Assembly (NCBI GenBank): GCA_039192515.1
Contig: JBCCXA010000045.1
Span: forward strand, 1 to 19,424
Direction of reading: 5' to 3'
Source of the DNA: Verrucomicrobiota bacterium
Lineage (GTDB): Bacteria > Verrucomicrobiota > Verrucomicrobiia > Methylacidiphilales > JBCCWR01
DNA length: 19,424 nt
Below the pieces are notes generated by a model. That model saw nothing but the letters and a program-made list of their open reading frames with translations. It was not told the origin of the DNA and searched no databases. Made by a program: the position numbers and the translations under genes. Within the stretch, counting starts at the first letter, position 1; every line of letters starts with the position of its first letter. This document shows positions 16,971-19,424 of the stretch, in pieces.

Positions 16971-19424
16971 TTACAATTTAGTTAAGGTAGATTTTAAGGT
17001 TTTTTCTTCGAGTTTGATCTTTTTAGGATTTTCTTCTGAATTTGTCTTTGTTTCAAGCTGGGCTTCTTTTTTTTCTATGATGAATAGCTCTTTTTCTTCC
17101 TCAGATGCCTTCGATGGCAATGGCTCCATTCTTTGAATGATTTCAGATTTCCCCATGGGTTGATCTCGAGAACTCTGAGGTTCAGTTTTTCGGATGTCTT
17201 TGTTACTGAGTAGGTTGCGGAGCATTTTTTCTAAGAACATTGATTTTCCTATAGCTGCGCTTTTACCTGAACTGGCAATGGGGTCATCATATGTTGCCGA
17301 TGCAGAAGGCTTTATATGGGTTCTTATCGGTTTACTTCCAACTAAAGAATAAGAGACATTCTTTTGCTTGGTATCCTGGACTATGATGCCTGCATTAGCC
17401 CGGGTCGGTTTTAAGCTAATTAACTTTTGGCCTACCCCTGATTTAAAGGCTACGCGAGGTGGTCTTTCCAGGCTTTGCTCTTGGAAGATGGTTTCTAAGC
17501 TTCGCTCGGTTTCTTGACCATTTATTGCAAAGATTTTTTGGCCATTTTCCAACTCCACTACACCATAAACTCCAGACTGGATAATGACTCCCGCCACTGA
17601 AACGATAGGAACACTATTTGATTGAACAATGAAATCAGAAGCTTGGCTGGAAAGCTCACTTTCTCCTGAGCCGCTGCTGCTACCTCCGGATCCTCCACCG
17701 GAACTAGAGGCAGAGTAATAAAAGACATTACCTGTCCCTAAGGGATCTGCGCCGAAGCTCACACTGAATTGCTCAGTTCCTGTTAAGCCGCCTTTGTTAT
17801 GTGGAGCGCTGTTATCTAGTGAATAGACTAAGAAGCGGGAAGCAGAGCTTAAGGCACCAGCACCAGCGTTGTTGATGAAAGAGCCACTAGCTGCTTCTAG
17901 AGTAATATCATTTCCTCCACCAGTCGTGGTGATGGTTGTTCCAGAGGCCAGTGTTAGATCTCCTACGGTTCGGATAAGCACATCATTTGTCGTAGTTCCC
18001 CCGATGTTGCCATCAATGATTAGCCCACCAGCACTATCGAAAAGAGAAAAGGCTCCACCACGAGTGACGTTGCCTAACGTAGTAATTGCATTTGATGTGT
18101 GATTCAGAGTGAAAGTTCCATTACCCAGAAGGTTGAGTCCCCCGACGGTAATTGCTTCGCTTTGAGTGACGTTACCTGAGGTTGTGAATGTCAGATCATT
18201 GGAGCCAATATTAAGACCCGTGGTGGTAGAGCCATTTACAGTCAAACTGCCTATTGCTAAATCATTTGTGTCGGTGTAGGAAAGAGAGCCACCAGATCCA
18301 GCTATGGTGGTAATGTCATTACCCGCGTTCGTTAGAGTTTTAGCACCACTTCCTTTTAACACTAATCCAGTAGCAGCAATGGCTTGAGTTTGGGTGAGTG
18401 CACCACCTGTTTCTAAACTCACATCATTAGCTCCTACATTGATGCCATTGGTGGAGCCTACGCTTCCAACTGCTAAATCATCGGTATCTCTAAAGGAAGT
18501 TTCGCCTCCGGATACTGCGATGGTGTTTACATCGTTACTGGCGTTTTCTAGGGTCTTGGCCCCACTTCCAGTAAGCTCTAACCCAGCTGCACTAAGGGCC
18601 TGGCTTTGAGTAACCGATCCTGTTGAAGAGAGAGTGAGATTACCTGAAGTGGTAAGTCCAGTGGTATTAACGGTGCCAATGTCAAAGCCACTATTCTCCA
18701 GGAAGCTAAGCGAGCCGGTATTACCTGCTAGAGTGGTGATGGCATTACCGGTATTCGTTAGGGTAAATGCTCCGCCAGCACCTAAGAGTTCTAATCCGGC
18801 TGCACTAAGGGCTTGGCTTTGGGTAACCGATCCAGTAGAGGAGAGAGTGAGGTTGCCTGAAGTGGTGAGTCCAACAGTATTGACTGTTCCAATGTCAAAG
18901 CCACTGTTCTCTAAAAAGCTAACCGATCCGGTGTTACCTGCTAGGGTAGTAATCGCATTAGCCGTATTGGTTAGGGTAAACGCACCACTGGCTCCGAGGA
19001 GTTCGACACCGGCAGCAGTGATGGCACCGCTTTGAGTGACCGTGTTATCGGCCGTGAAACTGAAGTTGCCTGTGGTATTAATCAGCGCGATGTCTGCGGT
19101 GCCAATTTCCTGGATAGCAATATTACCGCTAGCATTGGCGCTATCAGCGGTGTTGCGGGATTGCGCGCTGATAGACCCAAAGGTGTTACCGACATTGGTT
19201 AGGGTAATATCCTGACCAGTGTCATTGGTGGTTTTAAATGTTGCGGCGTTGGTGACATTGATGGCACCGGTATTGGTAATGGCGCCAGTGGAGGTGACAT
19301 CCAGGGTATTGCTAGCGGTGGTCGCGCCAATGGCTAAGCCATCGGTTTCGGAAAGGGTGATGGTGCCAGTGTTACCAGCTAGGGTATCGATATCATTACC
19401 GGAGCGAGTAATGGTATAGCTTCC
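16971..19424 (-). CDS. C-terminal >817 aa of a very large beta-helical repeat protein. It is adhesin-like and carries Pmp-like GGA[F/L] and FxxN motifs. The N-terminus is outside the window.
   Basis: I translated the minus-strand frame by hand. It is open from the window edge (19424) to the stop near 16971, with no ATG/GTG/TTG before the GTG at 18422. This explains why the ORF track lists only 483 aa. The sequence is dominated by G/T/S/N/A/L repeats of ~71 aa (…VTQSQALSAAGLELLGAGGAFTLTNTGNAITTLAGNTGSLSFLENSGFDIGTVNTTGLTTSGNLTLSSTGS…). It then has a Gly/Ser linker (SSSGGGSGGSSSGSGESE), a ~150-aa non-repeat region and a K/E-rich C-terminal tail. There is no C-terminal autotransporter beta-barrel. 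Confidence 0.8.
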   Translation of the reverse strand, partial: GSYTITRSGNDIDTLAGNTGTITLSETDGLAIGATTASNTLDVTSTGAITNTGAINVTNAATFKTTNDTGQDITLTNVGNTFGSISAQSRNTADSANASGNIAIQEIGTADIALINTTGNFSFTADNTVTQSGAITAAGVELLGASGAFTLTNTANAITTLAGNTGSVSFLENSGFDIGTVNTVGLTTSGNLTLSSTGSVTQSQALSAAGLELLGAGGAFTLTNTGNAITTLAGNTGSLSFLENSGFDIGTVNTTGLTTSGNLTLSSTGSVTQSQALSAAGLELTGSGAKTLENASNDVNTIAVSGGETSFRDTDDLAVGSVGSTNGINVGANDVSLETGGALTQTQAIAATGLVLKGSGAKTLTNAGNDITTIAGSGGSLSYTDTNDLAIGSLTVNGSTTTGLNIGSNDLTFTTSGNVTQSEAITVGGLNLLGNGTFTLNHTSNAITTLGNVTRGGAFSLFDSAGGLIIDGNIGGTTTNDVLIRTVGDLTLASGTTITTTGGGNDITLEAASGSFINNAGAGALSSASRFLVYSLDNSAPHNKGGLTGTEQFSVSFGADPLGTGNVFYYSASSSGGGSGGSSSGSGESELSSQASDFIVQSNSVPIVSVAGVIIQSGVYGVVELENGQKIFAINGQETERSLETIFQEQSLERPPRVAFKSGVGQKLISLKPTRANAGIIVQDTKQKNVSYSLVGSKPIRTHIKPSASATYDDPIASSGKSAAIGKSMFLEKMLRNLLSNKDIRKTEPQSSRDQPMGKSEIIQRMEPLPSKASEEEKELFIIEKKEAQLETKTNSEENPKKIKLEEKTLKSTLTKL
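18560..19030. repeat. Direct tandem repeat with a 213-bp (71-codon) period. It has about 2.2 near-identical copies (~85% nt identity). More degenerate copies continue on both sides (roughly 17900..19424).
   Basis: The strings gctgcactaagggcctggctttgagtaaccgatcc at 18587 and gctgcactaagggcttggctttgggtaaccgatcc at 18800 are offset by exactly 213 nt. The antisense ORF 18634..19035 shows the duplication as repeated …SSNPAALRAWL… blocks. Confidence 0.85.

Noticed and set aside
18394-19419. Plus-strand ORFs 18394..18609, 18634..19035 and 19219..19419 (P/A/V/L-rich 'proteins' with internal duplication).
   Set aside because: They are antisense shadows of the G/T/S/N-rich repeat protein on the minus strand. 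Their repeat structure simply mirrors the 213-bp tandem repeat. Their composition is low-complexity and they have no RBS.
1-19424. CRISPR arrays, rRNA/tRNA genes, transposase/integrase or phage genes.
   Set aside because: There are no short regularly spaced direct repeats. There are no rRNA-like conserved blocks or cloverleaf candidates. There are no recognisable DDE/tyrosine-recombinase motifs. The only repeats are the in-gene 213-bp coding repeats.

Overview
This is a bacterial chromosomal window. It looks moderately AT-rich by eye (not computed), with tightly packed genes and SD-like RBSs. Pmp-like GGA/FxxN beta-helix repeats in one protein tentatively suggest a member of the PVC group (Chlamydiae/Verrucomicrobia/Lentisphaerae). 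Housekeeping genes are well supported: rpsB-tsf (minus), proC (minus), a class-3 fructose-1,6-bisphosphatase and a stand-alone CheY-like receiver (plus). The most unusual content is a co-directional minus-strand cluster of three genes: a YqiJ/NfeD-like membrane protein, a 693-aa flotillin (SPFH/band-7) protein, and a 1767-aa giant protein. The giant protein has a long coiled coil and a single AAA+ ATPase module of the AAA_5 (MoxR/McrB/dynein-like) type, and starts 72 bp downstream of the flotillin gene behind a hairpin plus U-tract. I cannot match this giant protein to a characterised partner of flotillin/NfeD operons. I flag the triad as a candidate undescribed system. The 3' end of the window holds the C-terminal >800 codons of a very large beta-helical repeat (adhesin-like) protein. 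It contains near-identical 213-bp tandem repeats. A small gene beside it is interrupted by an in-frame TAA. I found no CRISPR arrays, rRNA/tRNA genes, transposases or integrases.
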